DNA of 64,000 bases from Leucoraja erinacea (lineage: Eukaryota), in NCBI RefSeq assembly GCF_028641065.1, contig NC_073385.1, positions 54,002,001 to 54,066,000 on the forward strand, read 5' to 3'. The position numbers and the translations under genes were made by a program. Below the pieces are notes generated by a model that had not been told where the DNA came from, did not search any database, and saw only the letters and a list, made by a program, of their open reading frames with translations. This document shows positions 11,658 to 25,544 of the stretch, one piece after another. Position 1 is the first letter of the stretch. Each line of letters begins with the position of its first letter.

Positions 11658-14600
11658 TTCCTGCTAATGGACAATGACAGACTGCACCCACAAACAGAGA
11701 CAAAGACTGAGCCACCAAGATTAGTCAGTGTTCTCTGGGTTTATTCAATTTAACCTTCAGTTGACCAAATGCAAGAACACGAATGATGGACAAACGATGC
11801 AGAGGTGCAGCTGTTCCTCATCATTACTTGAGATCAAGATGGTGCCATAAGCCAGCTGTTCCATTCACCCAGGGCCCTTTATTCTTGCCTTCAATAAGGT
11901 AATGTATTTATTTTGTTTCTGACTTCATCAGAAAACGTTTTTGAATGTATATGTTGCTTTGCAACAAAGCCAAAACTAACACAATACAATTTCCTTAAGT
12001 TTGCCCAACATCATGGGGTGGGAGATTGCAACTTTATGTCGTCCGCCCTGTTTCGACGAATGCAATCAACCTGGCGTGCACAATCAAATAAAACAAGTTG
12101 TCCTGCAACTTTAGGCTGTGCACACCATACGCAAGAAGAAGCCCAACATCATTTTTGTCAAACTGAAATCGGGTTTAGTGTCCTAAACATTGGTGGAGAT
12201 TTGCATGGATTTGTTATATTTGCAGAGACCACGAAATGTGAATATGTGACTAGCCTAATAGTGGTAGATAAGATAGGCTGAAAAATTTGCCCTGTAGTAT
12301 CTTCAGAAAACAAATATGCAAGTAGTGTTGTCTATCAAATATTGAGCAGCTCCTTTCTTATCAAAGCATGTATCTCAGTAGACGTGAATGGTAAATGTAA
12401 ATATAATATAAATATTATGCTTAATAATTACACCGATGCAATACCCTTTTGGGTAGCTTAATTGCCTTTTTATGTTGCATTCACTGATAGGACTTGGCAA
12501 GTAATGTGTATTTTATATATTAAATTGATGCATAAAGCAACAACAATCAAATTTGAACTTTATTCCTTGGAATGCAGGAGGCTTAGGGGTGATCTTTTAG
12601 AGGTGTATAAAATCATGAGGGGAATGGATAGGGTGACTACACAGTCTTTTGCCTAGTGTAGGGAAAACAAGCTTTCTACTGTGCATCTGTAAATGTTATG
12701 AGGAGTTGATGGAAACATGCTGTACTTTCTTGGTCTTCTGAGGAAGTAGACGTATCAATTTGCTTTTTTGGTCGTAGCTGCATTGTGGTTGGTACTGAAC
12801 CAAATGGTGATATTTACATTTAGGTGCTTGAAGCTCTCAACAAATCTCCACTTCAGCACCATTGATGCTGTCTGAGATGTGTATGCCAGCTTGCTTCCTG
12901 AGGTTCTAACTAACTCCTTCGCCTTGTTGACATTGACGGAGTTTGTGGAAGGTTCTCGACCTGCAGGGTCGCCTATCCATGTTCTCCAGTGATGTTGATT
13001 TACTACAGCACTTTGTGTCCTTTTGAGGGTGAGATTGTTGTTGTGACACCATATTACTAAGCCTTCTTTCTCCTTTACTGTCTTGTCATTGTCCCAGATC
13101 CAGCCCATTTAAGGCAGCCATTTGCAAACCTGTAAATGGAATTGGAGCAGAATGTGGCCAAACAGTCATGATTACATTGACCTCTGGGTGTTGGGATTCT
13201 CTGGAATTAAATGCTGCCTAAATATTACCATGAAATACTGGTGGGACTTCTTCAAGAATTGTCATAACATCCAAATGGAAAACATTATTTATTTGTTTTC
13301 AGACTTGGGCGATCGTGACGCGACTCAACTGTGTTATAAGACCATCTCATCCTCTTAACTAATGTCCATTCTTGGGACCCAGGAACGATCTGGCAATTAT
13401 AACAACCTTGATCCAGTTTGAATATTATTCATGCAGTCCACAGAGAAAACAATTTTTATCTTTCACTTTTGTGTTCAAGGCCAGCAATGAACCATAACAC
13501 AGTACAGACATTAATAGTCGTGGGGAACTGCCAAAGATACAATTAAGCATGATGATAGATAAGCAAATTGAAGTAAAAGCTATATGGCTGACATCACCCA
13601 TTTATTCCCCTCGCAAACTTTGAAAGTGATGAGAAATATTGTGTTATGATAAAAAGTAATCCGGGTTTATTTTATTGTTAATTTTCTTCAATTACTCATC
13701 TCTAATTTAAATTCAGTGAAAGGGAAGGAACTCTTGTCATGAAATGTATTTAGTCAGTCATCTCTAATTTTCTTAACATATTACTTTGATCATTATTTTC
13801 AATTTAAATTCTGAAATGTCCGTCCTTATTATCCATTTTTATGTATTTTCTGTCATCTTGTTCCATTTGTACAATCGCTTATCTACAGTATATCTTCATG
13901 CAATAGTCTCTTTATTTTGACCATGTTAACATGCATGTTGTATATATTTAGTTCAAGCAAAAAGTACGTATCTGAAATGTATATTGTGTACAAGCTTGTC
14001 TTTCACCGGGCCTGTTTCTGTTAATTTGTTATTGAGTACTGTAGACGTATTCCGTGTCAAATATTTCATAGCCTGTTGCTGGGAGTGGCAACTGGGATGT
14101 GCGATTAACTCATCCTTTCAGAAGTCAACAAGATGTGTTGTCATGAAGAAAAGCCAGGATCTTGGGATGAGACTAAGGCAAGGTGAGAGACACTGAGACT
14201 AATTTTGAGCATTGGGACGTGTAAGATAGCGAGAAATAGTGAAAGAGTCAAGAGTGTTTTATTATTATATGTCGGAGATAGAACAATGAAATTATTTTTG
14301 CTGCAGCACCACAGAATATGTAAACAAGTGTTTGAGCTCCTGTGTGGAGACCTGAAAAGTTGTAGAATGGTAAGCCTAGATTTTATACACAATGTAATTG
14401 GGGTCAAGACCTGATCCTTATTATTGGAGAGAATGATTTATGAAGGCATAGCCCAAATTGATTGGCAGATCTATTTGTATCGCAAACTCTGTAATGAATT
14501 GGAGAACTGTTTAATTCGGGTTTCCTCTCAGATCTCAAGCTCTCAAGAGACTATGGGGCGATGAATGCACCTGATGGAGCCATAGAGAGATACAGCATTG

Positions 14601-15379
14601 AAACGGGGCCTGAGGCCCAGCAAGCGCACATCAAGTCTCCACTGACCATCCAGCACCCACTTTGACATTAATACTGACTAGTTTATTTTCCATACATTCT
14701 TGTCAATTTTTTTTTTACCACCCAATCTCCACATCGCTCTTCCTGGCTTACACCAATCACCCATGCACGAGGGACAATTTACAGCAGTCAATTGCATGTC
14801 TTTGGGATGTGGGAGGAAACCCAACTAGTCACTGGAGAATATGCAAACTCCACACAAACAGCACCCTTGGTTTGGATTGAATCTGGGTCTCTGGTGCTAT
14901 GGTTCAATAGCACTGCTAGCTGTACCATTGATGTATGTGCATGCCTGCCATTTTCTTTCAATTTGTTTTCTTGGAGCATAATATTTGCTTTTTGTTAATT
15001 AATACCTTTGGGATTCATTGAAAATGAGCACTTGTCCAGGCATCAATATGTTCTAAGCAATTGGATCTGCTTTAGATGTTATAAGTGCAGATGTTACAAG
15101 TGTGATTTTTTTTTTCTGCATAACACCTCTAAAATTACAAATTCTTGAAGTGTTTATTTTAAAGTAATGCATGTAAATTGTGAACAGATTACCAGGTGAA
15201 GTGGCAGAAGAATAGTGCTCCTTTTTATCTCGAAGCATAGGTTAAGTACGAACAATTTTAGTTAAACTCAAAATTATTCTTGTTTGGCTTTAACATCAAT
15301 CTCCATGTGGAACATGATATATTTACTATAACTGAATGTTAAAGATATTCATTGGAACTGTAGTCAAAATTATTGGCGG

Positions 15380-17148
15380 TTTCTGCTTGGCTTGGCTTGG
15401 GTGTGGCTTGGCGTTGAAAGACACCACTTACTGCAAATGGTGACTTGGGAGCTTTGACTTGAAGTGTCTTGGCTTGGGTGCGTCTTGAAATTGAAATTGA
15501 AAGGCACTACTTACTGCAAATGGTAGCATTGGCTTGAAGTTGAAAGGCATTACTTACTGCAAATGGTGACATGAAGCTGAAAGGCACTACTTACTGCAAA
15601 TGGTGGCTTGGGTGCTTTGGCATTAAGTTGAAAGGCACTACTGTAAATGCACTTACTTCCTGTTTGCATTGTATATTGATTTTAGATAAAACACTACCAC
15701 TTACGGCTGTGATTTTTGGCCATCTTACTCAGTCCCCCTCCGCTGAGCAGATACAGAGAATTCTTCCCATCAATGAAAAATAAAAGTGTTATTAGTTTTT
15801 TAAAAAATGTTGAGAATCTCTCTCCTGTCAATCACTCAATGAAAGACACACCTTTTCCGGTGGTGGGGGGGTTATAAAACCCGGAAATGTGGGTATGGCT
15901 CAGTCTCTGCAAGATGGAGGAGGGAGAGGTCACGACTCGCTATCTTTAGTGGCTTTGCACCGTAATCTGGTTTTTTCCATCTGAGGCAGCTGGCCAAAAT
16001 AAAGCCAATTCTGTCGAGGCAGCACTTTGAGACGGTAGTCCACGCCTTTGTTACCACTCGGCTGGATTACTGCAATACACTGTATATGGGGGTTAGTCGG
16101 TCCTCCATCGCCCGTCTCCAGATGGTACAGAATGCAGCTGTCCGTCTCTTGACTGGCACACGAAAACATGATCACGTTTCACACATTTTGGCGTCTCTCC
16201 ACTGGCTGCCTGTTCAGTATAGGATTCATTTTAAAATTATTTTATTTGCTTTTAAATCCCTAAATGGTCTTGCCCCGTCCTACCTATCTGAGCTTCTTCC
16301 CCCTTATACACCCTCCCGCTCTCTCAGGTCAGATGATCAGCTGCTCCTGATTGGGCCAAAAACTAAGCGGAAGCTCAGAGGGGACCGTGCCTTTGCTGTG
16401 TCGGCTCCGAGATTGTGGAATGAATTGCCTCTACACGTTAAACAGGCCCCTTCTCTAGCTGTTTTTAAATCACTCCTGAAGACATATCTATTCTCCGTGG
16501 CCTATGTAGACCAGTAAGGTGTCGACTTATTTATTTACTTTATTTGCTTGATTTTGCTGCGTGGTTCATACTCGTGTTTTATGTCTTTTAATTTATTGTT
16601 GAATTTTCGTATGTAATTTATGCGCCTTGTGTTAGCTGTATGTTCTGTTGTTCTGCCTGTTTTATGATGTCTTGCTTATTTTATTTTTTTTGTACAGCGC
16701 TTTGGGTGTTTTTTAAGGTGCTTAACAAATAAAGTTATTATTATTATTACTTCAAATGGTATGAAACTGCACTTGAATTTGGTGGCCTTGCACCCTGCTA
16801 GAAGTGGTAAGAAACTGCACTTGAATTTGGTGGCCTTATACCCTGCTTGAAATAGAATTTTAAGGATTAGCCGTGAGTCAACTACCAGCCCACCAGCCGT
16901 GAGTGAGTTGCCAGCACAACAGGCTTGATTAACTGAGACGCCAGCTCAAGAATCCATTTGGCGCACAATTTGCATACTAGCCCTCTGGAAACCAGTCTGT
17001 TCAGCCCACAACACCCATACTAGAGCTCCAGAAAGCCCCCATTCCCCACTGGCCACCAATATTGGAATTGGTGGAGAGGTGGAATATTGCGTTGGATGAC
17101 CAGCCCTTCTGTGTGCTGCTGGGACCTAACGGGTCCCACTTAGTCTAG
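15380..17148 (+). mobile_element. Non-autonomous Helitron, 3' part, interrupted by an L2 insertion
   Basis: Ends with hairpin GGGACCT-AAC-GGGTCCC (17121-17137) then CTAG|T (17145-17149); internal sequence matches the reverse complement of 56441-57020. Confidence 0.8.
15962..16750 (+). mobile_element. L2-clade LINE, 5'-truncated, open ORF2 C-terminus (15966-16517)
   Basis: FFHLRQLAKIK..HAFVTTRLDYCN..LQMVQNAAVRLL..LHWLPV..GDRAFAVSAPRLWNELP; 3' UTR ending AATAAA and (TTA)n. Confidence 0.9.
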
Positions 17149-17264
17149 TTTTGGTATAAAATCGATGTGTACTCTCAGGGTGACTTTAAAGATCTCATAA
17201 GACCATTTTGAGAAACAGCATATTGCCCCTGCTCTCCTGGCTAATAATTATCTTTCAGTCAACA

Positions 17265-17555
17265 TTAGTTTAGTTCAGAGATACAGCACGGAAACGGACT
17301 TTTCAGCCCACCGAGTCTTTGTGGGCCAGTGATCCCCGCACACCAACACTATCTTACACACACGAGGGACAATTTACAATTATACCAAGCCAATTAGGCT
17401 ACAAACCTGTATGTCTTTGAAGTGTGGGAGGAAACTGGAGATCCCGGAGAAAACCCACGGGGAGAATGTACCAACTCAGTACAGACAAGCACCCATAGTC
17501 AGGATCGAACCTGAATCTCTGGCTTTGTAAGGCAGCAACTCTACCGCTGCATCAT
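17265..17555 (-). mobile_element. HE1-type V-SINE
   Basis: Same family as 9185-9495; a CR1 3' tail fragment follows at 17575-17775 (-). Confidence 0.8.
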
Positions 17556-18134
17556 CACACTGCCCCAGTTCATGTACAGAGTCATACAGATTGGAAACGA
17601 GCCCTTCGGCCCAACTTGCCCACACCGACCAGCATGTTCCATCTCCACCAGCCTGCGTTTGGCCAACATCCTTCCAAACCTGTCCTATCCATGTACCATC
17701 TCATTGTTTCTTAAGTTTTGTAATAGTCACTGCTTCAATGACCTCCTCAGGCACCTTGACCATACACCCACCACCCTTATCAAATCATATATCCTGAAAG
17801 GAATATAACAGTACTGTGTGAATGCAAACCCCTCATTTTCTAGCTACCTGTGTGCCACTCAAATGCTGAACATTGAAAGCAAAGTGACAGGAAATTATTC
17901 ATGTAAGACCATAACCAAAGTTGATGATGCAGAATTAGACTTTTAAGATAAACTAGTAAAATGTGCAATGTAGTGATTATGTAATTACTTGCAAACAAGA
18001 GTCATTTTGCTTCCTGACACAATTGCATACAATTTTCAGGACATTGCCAAGAGACAGAAGGAATATAATGGGTTGTTGATGCACATCTGATGATGGAAGC
18101 TAAAATCATCCCCTTTCAGCTAAGTTTCCTGCAC

Positions 18135-18735
18135 AAGTGTAGAGTTACTGCCTTACAACGCCAGTGACCCAGTTTCGATCCTGACTACAGGTGCTGTATG
18201 TAGGTAGTTTGAACGATCTCCCTGTGACAGCATAGATTTTCTCTGGGTGTTCCAATTTCCTCCCACATTCCAAAGACGTACAGACGTATGTAGGTTAATT
18301 GGCTTGTACAAAGTGGAACTTGTCCTTAGTGTGCAGGGGTGATCATTGATCGGCACAGTCTCGGTGGGCCGAAGCGCCTGTTATCATCCTGTATCTCTAA
18401 AGTCTAAATTAAAGTCTACTGCCAGCTCATTTAACTTGGCAGGTTGTACCATTTCATTCTTAACATGCTGTTGCTGCTTCTTGCTGATGGTAGGGAATGT
18501 GTTGTCTATGCCTAGTTTGCACATTCTCCCCGTGACCTGCGTGGGTTTACTCCGAGATTTTTGGTTTCTTCCCACACTCAAAGATGTTGTAGGTTGTAGG
18601 TTAATTGGCTTGGTATAATTTCAAATTATCCTCCAGTTTGTGTAGGGTAGTGTTAATGTGCGGGGGTCGCTGTGGACTCAGTGGGCTGAAGGGCCTGTTT
18701 CCGCGTTGTATGTGTAAAATAAACTAAACTAAATG
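18135..18735 (+). mobile_element. Two HE1-type SINE copies (about 18135-18410 and 18500-18735)
   Basis: GTAGAGTTACTGCCTTAC..GTTTCGATCC head, V-domain and GGGCCTGTTTCC tails. Confidence 0.75.
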
Positions 18736-20619
18736 CCTCTCAGTATCTCAATCCTTGAATCTAACCTCCAACCTGCATCCGAATAAATCTGGTTAATTAT
18801 ATTAATTATATATTATAGCATTTCTACATTTCCAGTTGTGCAGCAATTCCCTTAAAACGTCATTTGGTTTGCTCCTGACACTGACATATCAGAGATGGTA
18901 TCGTGTGAAGGGATCAGAACGGTCTAATTTCACTTTTCAATTGCCACAATTTCTCCCAGAAATGATTTCCAGCACGATCTACTTCAGATGAAGTCAAAAT
19001 TAAACATATAATGACTGCAAAACAGGAGCCAAGTCTTCTCTTTTCTAGGCTATTGTTTCTTCATCATTGCTGAGTTAAAATCCTGGCCTTGCACTGTCAC
19101 GGTTTTGAAGAAGTATTTTTGCCTCGTGAATTGCTGTAGTTCAAGAAGCAAACCCTCCACTTCACCAGCAACCCGAGACAATTGTTGGCAGTGCCAGTGA
19201 CTCCCTTCTGCCCAGGAATGAAAAAAGATAAATGCCAATTGCATCATGGCCACCATTTGTTGCTAATTGATATCATCAATGATATAACACTTTTTGTTCA
19301 CTCTGTTAAATATTTGCTTGAAGCATGAGATGCTTTCACGGGAGACCAAGCACAATCCTAAGACACAACAGTTGAATGAAGTGATCTTTATGTGCAGGCA
19401 GATAAGAGTTGGTCTTGGCGTCATGTTTTACTCGGTCAATGTTGGCCGAAGGGCCTGTTCCTGTCTTCTATGTTCTATCATACATGCACTAGCTGGCATA
19501 ACATTCCACTTATCCAGCAGATTGCCCAAATTGCTGGTCAATATCCTGCCTAGACATTGTATGTGTCTCAAGCATTGCACCAAGGACATTCAAGGGAAAA
19601 TGAGCATGACGTACAGAAAATCTATTAGTATTCAAAACGTGCAGCGTGCAGATCTTTCAGAAGACTACAGGCAGAGGTGCTGTTTGTCTATCTCCAGGGA
19701 TGCTGCCTGACTCGCTGAGTTACTCCAGCATTTTATGTCTTCATTTGTAAACCAGCATCTGCAATTCCTTTTATCCAGATGTAGATTGCCTTCCCATTTA
19801 CAACACCACCAAAGCAAAAATCAACCCCAGAGTTAAACAAAACTTTAAAAGATAAAGATAATGATAATTGCACAGGAAGGATTTCAAATAAGTAATTCTT
19901 AACTGCAGAAACAAGGAGCTGTGGATGCTGGTTTATATAAGAGGAGGGCAGGAAGATAAACGGATGGGTAGACAAAAACCTGAGATGAAGAAAAGGTGTC
20001 AGAAAAAAGAGTGAAGAGTTGTGGTCAGGTAGGTGGAGGGGAGAAATTGGTGTGTGTCTAGGTGGGGCATAGTGGATAGAGGGGAAGAAGGGTAGTGTGT
20101 CAGCGTGAGCGGTGGTGTTAGAGGTTGCTGAAAACTGGAGAATTCAATATTCATCAAATTGGGTTGCAAATTACCTAAGCAATAAACAAAACATTATTAA
20201 GTCTTGGGTCTGATAGCGATGTAAAAACGGCTTGTCATTTTTTTTTTTGTTGTGTGGTTTGTGATTTAATCTGATTCTGGTTCTAGCATGTAACATAGAC
20301 TCGGCTATCATTCACTCTCTTCGGATTATACTCTGCTGTGAAAGTTGATTGCTTTATCCCAGCAACAGTCTCTCCAAGGCTTTATCCAACAAAATTTACT
20401 CGAGCTACAATTGCCCACAGCACTGTTAACACTTTTTGAGTCTTGTATATCTTGATAATGCAATTTAGTTTGTGTTTGTAAATTGTGTTGGATACCAATT
20501 ACACACAGGCAAAAATCGTCTTCCTCCGCACAGCTATATATATTCTATGCAAGGATCTGCAGATTTGGAATCTTGAGCAAAACACAAAGTGGTGGAATAA
20601 CTCAGTGGGTCAGAGGGCT

Positions 20620-20900
20620 TAGCTTAGTTTAGTGTTGTTTAGAGATGCAGCATGGAAGGGCCTTCAACCCACTGAGACCACGCTGGCCATTCAACACCCT
20701 AGTTATCCCTCTACACATTAAGGGCAATTTACAGAGGCCAATTAATCTACAAACCCACATGTCTTTTGGTATATGGGTGGAAACCTGGACACCTGGAGGA
20801 AACCCACGTGGTCACAGGGAGAATGTGCAAACTTCACACGGACAGCATTTGAGGTCGAACCCAGGACTGGTGCTGTGGGGCAGCAGCTCCACCGCTGTGC
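20620..20900 (-). mobile_element. HE1-type V-SINE, diverged
   Basis: Family head and tail on the minus strand. Confidence 0.65.
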
Positions 20901-22819
20901 TATTGTACCACATTTTTATTGAAAGTATTAAAAGAGCAGATAATGCATGTTTGAAAGATCGAGGTATCAAGGGCTATAGGGATCTAACATGAAGGAGGAA
21001 TTGAGGTATGCAGCAGATCGGCCATTATTTTTTCTTTTTTGATCGGAAGAGCAGGTTTGAGGACATCAGTGCTCCCATGTAAATATATTGATTAAGGTTA
21101 GCCAGCGGGTGGCAGTGTTTCCATGCACCAGCTTCCCTTGCCTTTCCAGGTGCTCAAAGCTTTGGCAGATGTGGTTGAAGAAGGTTTGTTGAGTTGTAAC
21201 TGTGAATTTTGCTGATAGCACAGTCTGTGCTGGAGGTGAGAGAGTGACCGCTTTGAGGTGCTCGCAGGGCACCAGTCAAGGGATCTGCTTTATCCTGGTT
21301 GTTTGAACTTCTCAAGTGTTACTAGAACTATGGTTGTCAAGGCAAGTATAAAATATTTAATCACGGCCTGACTTGTGACTTTGAGGGAAGAGGAAGGACT
21401 TTGGTGAGATTGGAAATGAGTTGCTCATTGCAAGTCACCCACCTCTGAAGTAATTTGAGTTTTCTCCTGTTAAGTCGCAGTTCAATAGTAAACTCCATGT
21501 TAATGTTAATTTGGCTTTTATAAAATGTCCTCCGTGGACGAAAGTGAGTTACAGGAACAATAATGGATGAATGCCATTACTTTGAGCCAACATGAAATTG
21601 ATAGATACATGGACCAAAAGGCCACCTATATTTTAAGGCAATACAAAAGTATGAATATGAGATGTTTAGCATTTGTCTTGATATTGAGAGGCAAGGGGAA
21701 CTATTTTGACTCGTGTGCAAATGGTCATAGGCTGGGTTTTGATTCTTGCTGCTAACCAGACTGAAAAATCTTATTTTGCAATTAATTTTGTTGTCCTATC
21801 TGGGACATATGACAATAAAACTCTCTTGACACTTGAATTGATACCATTTACTTCATTCTTCATTGCCTCCTAAATATCATTATCACTCTAAACTTTGTTC
21901 CTGGACCTCGTCTACTTAAAGCAATCTATGCATTCGATGGTGTTTTTATTTTAAAATATACTTTGGTTGGATTACAGCTTTATTGGTGATGATTTTCTTA
22001 TGCTCTTAGGAAACAATCCAATTCATACCATAATGTTCTAATGACATGCAAATAAAGATAAAAGATAATGGCAAATGATTCCCAAAGTGTTTGACTGCGG
22101 GAACTTGAATCATTGCTGGAATGAAGCCCATGTTAAGAAGACGGATAAGAACCACTGACCAAGCAATTGATGTGCTAGATTTGATTAGTTTTGCAAGTAT
22201 AGATTTCTACTATGATGCATTAAGAACATCAATAACAGACACACAGCTTGTTAAATACAGAATTAATGTTTGTTTGGGAAGCAATCTGAATGTGACAGTA
22301 GGAAGCCTGATTGAAAGTTTTCAAGCTAAATATTAATGGAAGAAAGGATAAATGCCAGTTGGGGAAGGAAAGGAATATGCAAATATGGGGTGTAAGGTTG
22401 ATTAATTTAGATTTTGTTAATTCATTCAGGATCTAGGTGATTCTGGGAAGGACAGTATTTATAGTCAATTTCCTAATTGCCCTAGACCCAGGGATAATGA
22501 ATTCCCAAGTCTCAATGTTGACTTGGAGGGGAACCTGCAGCTGGTAGTGTTTCCATGCACTTGTTGCCTTTTTCCTTCTTGGTAGTAGAAGTTGCATATT
22601 CTCCAAGTACAGACACCAAGGAAGGTTAGATAGCTTGAGACCGTGCTCCTTGGACTGTAGAAGAATGAGAAGAAGTGACCTTCTGCAAACAATTAAGATG
22701 CAAGGGGTCCTAACAGAGTAGACGTTAATATGTTTTCACTCGTGGAAGAATCTTGGAAAAAAAAGACAGTTGCAAGGTAAGTGGCCATTCATTTGTAAAT
22801 GATGCAGCCTGGAAAACTT

Positions 22820-23450
22820 CATGCAGTGTAGAAATGGGCCTTTTGGCTCAACTTGCTGACACCGGCCAACATGTCCCATTTACACTAATCCCACCTGCTT
22901 GCATTTGGCCCATAACCCTCTAAACCGGTCCTATCCATGTCCCTGTCTAAATGTTCCTTAAACGTTGCAATAGTCACAGCCTTAAACCACCTCCTCCGGC
23001 AGCTCATTCCATATACCCTCAACGCTTTGTGTGTGTGTGTATATATTTAAAAAAAAAAAAAAAAAAAAAAGTTGCCCTTCATGTTCCTATTAAATCTTTC
23101 ACCCTCCTCACCTTAAACCTATGTCCTCTGGTTCTTGATTTCCCCTAGGGAAAGAAACTCTGCATTTACATTATCTATTTCTCCCATGATTTCATGATAT
23201 AAAATCACCCATCATCCTCCTGTGCTCCAAGGAACAGAATCCCGGCCCGCTCAACCTCACCCTATCGCTCAGGCCCTCGAGTTCTGGCAATGTCCTCGTA
23301 AATCTTCTCTGCACCCTTTCCAGCTTGACAACATCTTTCCTATAACATGGTGTCCGAAACTGAAAACAATGCTCTAAATGTGGACGCACTGACGTCTTGT
23401 ATAACTGCAACATGACCTCCCAGCTTCTATACTCAATACTCTGACTGATG
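22820..23450 (-). mobile_element. CR1 LINE 3' fragment
   Basis: IEYRSWEVMLQLYKTSVRPHLEHC..LERVQRRFTR on the minus strand plus CR1 3' tail. Confidence 0.85.
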
Positions 23451-23656
23451 ACAGGGTTGACAGACTGCTCAGGTTTTACAATCTTTGTCACCACCACCCC
23501 CCTATGTTGTCGGATGTGAAAGAAGCTGCTGTTTTCCCCTCTCTCCCAAGCCCAGGTATTTCCCAATGGTAACAAGCTCAGTGACCATGGCCAACACTTC
23601 TGCCGGTCCTAACACGGCCCACACTCACTGCGGGCCAAGGATACAGCCCTGTAACC

Positions 23657-24043
23657 CAAAGATCTTATAGCAAGCAAGATAGATCACTCGACGAAAAAGA
23701 CGTAGTACGGTCATGGGCTGATTCATGGGTAATTTTCGGCCCCATTTCCATAACCGGCTTCTATCTCTGCACCAAAGGTCCCATAGGATACTAGTGCAGA
23801 GACGGAAGCCAGTTATGGAAACATCCTCGTAAAAATAAAAGTTATTTGGGTAAAGTCTTCTCCTCGTTTTCAGAATTATAATTTATTAACACAAGCTGTT
23901 CCCCGCAACGTTGATTACACTGAGTCCGGTCGGGTTACTGAAATGGATGAAACAAAAGGCCCACGTTCCGCTCCGTTGAGTACTACACGTCAGCCCATTC
24001 CATTTAGAAGGAGTGGTCTATCTTGCTTGTTATAGGATCTTTG
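23657..24043. mobile_element. MITE, 387 bp, ~33 bp TIRs and 8 bp TSD (P-element-like termini; hAT not excluded)
   Basis: TIRs CAAAGATC(T/C)TATA(G/A)CAAGCAAGATAGA(T/C)CACTC; perfect TSD CTGTAACC at 23649-23656 and 24044-24051. Confidence 0.88.
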
Positions 24044-24149
24044 CTGTAACCGACGTCCTGGTGTTTGGTGGCCTCTCCTGTCGCCCAACATCAGATATCC
24101 AGCCTCATTGCACAAAGTTTCAGCATTGTTGCAAGATCACCAGAGAGTA

Positions 24150-24500
24150 GTGTATAAAATCATGAGAGGAATAGATTGGGTAGATGCACAGCGTCTCTTG
24201 CCCAGAGTATGTGAATCGAGGAGCAGCGAATATAGATTTAAGGTGAGGGGGAAACGATTTAAAAGGAATCTGAGGGGTAACTTATTTACACAAAGGGTGG
24301 TGCGTGTATGGATCAAAGTTTCAAAAGGAGGTGGTTGAGGCTGAGACCTTAATCCCAACGTTTAAGTTGGACAAATACATGGATAGGACAGGTTTGGAGG
24401 GATATGGGCCAAACATGGGCAGGTGGGACTAGTGTAGCTGGGGCATTGTTGGCCGGTGTAGGCAAGTTGGGCCAAAGGGCCGCGTTCCACACTGTATGAG
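24150..24500 (+). mobile_element. CR1 LINE 3' end
   Basis: YKIMRGID..RGNLFTQRVVRVW followed by CR1 tail. Confidence 0.8.
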
Positions 24501-25544
24501 CAATTGATTCCTCCATGGTCCCTGGCACCTTAGCAAGTAGGACAAGCATTTGCAACAGTTTTCCACAGCAACGTATGAAATGCTGCAGTGATCCAGTTTA
24601 GAGGTGATTCTATTGGTATTGTAAGCTTGGGATCTCTTCCTGCAGACTAAGTAATTCTAAAATATGATCTTCTCTTGTAAGGTCTCGAGTTGTCATAAGA
24701 TGAGTCCAATGCCTCGGGAAAACCAACCACTGATCTGCTGCTGCTGCCACAGTGTTTGTGGCTGGTCTAGTAATAGTCACAGAACCACACTGCATGGAAA
24801 TGGGCAATTTTGCTGAATTCATCCAATCTGATCATTGGGCACTCTTTCATATTAATCTCATCTCGCAGTCCTGTGGAGCTCCTGCATGTATGCTCTGGTG
24901 CTGGGATGATTATCTTCTAATAACCACAATCTTCTTCCATTTCTGCAAGGAATGATTCCAACTATTGGAATGGTTCCATTTGACACCCATTGACTTCAGC
25001 TTAACCAGGTTTCCTTGATCCTACATTCAGTCAAATGCTGCTTTCATGTGAAGGGCAGACATTTCACCTCCTCTCTGAATTCTGCTCTTTGGTCCATGTT
25101 CGGCCATGGTTGTAATGAGTTGGTGAAATACTTATTTGCTTTCTATATCACCTTGACTGCTTGTGTTTCCAACTTCATAGACCCTTGGACTCGTATTGCA
25201 AGGTCTCTGTGGTCCTCCCTAGATACCATTCATTCTGAGTCTTATCAGCTCCTCTTATATTGAGAGGCAAGACATTTTCCTCATCCTCCAAAAGTACAAA
25301 TTCAACCACAATCAATTAGATTTGGAAGCATATGGATGTTATTTGAATAATTTTGGGTCTGGCAATAGTATTAAATCCCGATCCAACTGTATTGTGAAGT
25401 AATCTTATTAGAAGAGACAAATTGAACCTATTTTCTTAACTAGATTGGATGCTCCTTCCAGTTGTTGGTTTGACTGAAACCTTTCCACCTCCCAGATATA
25501 GACCATTATTATGATAATTGATAATATCATAGGGGTGTCATAAA

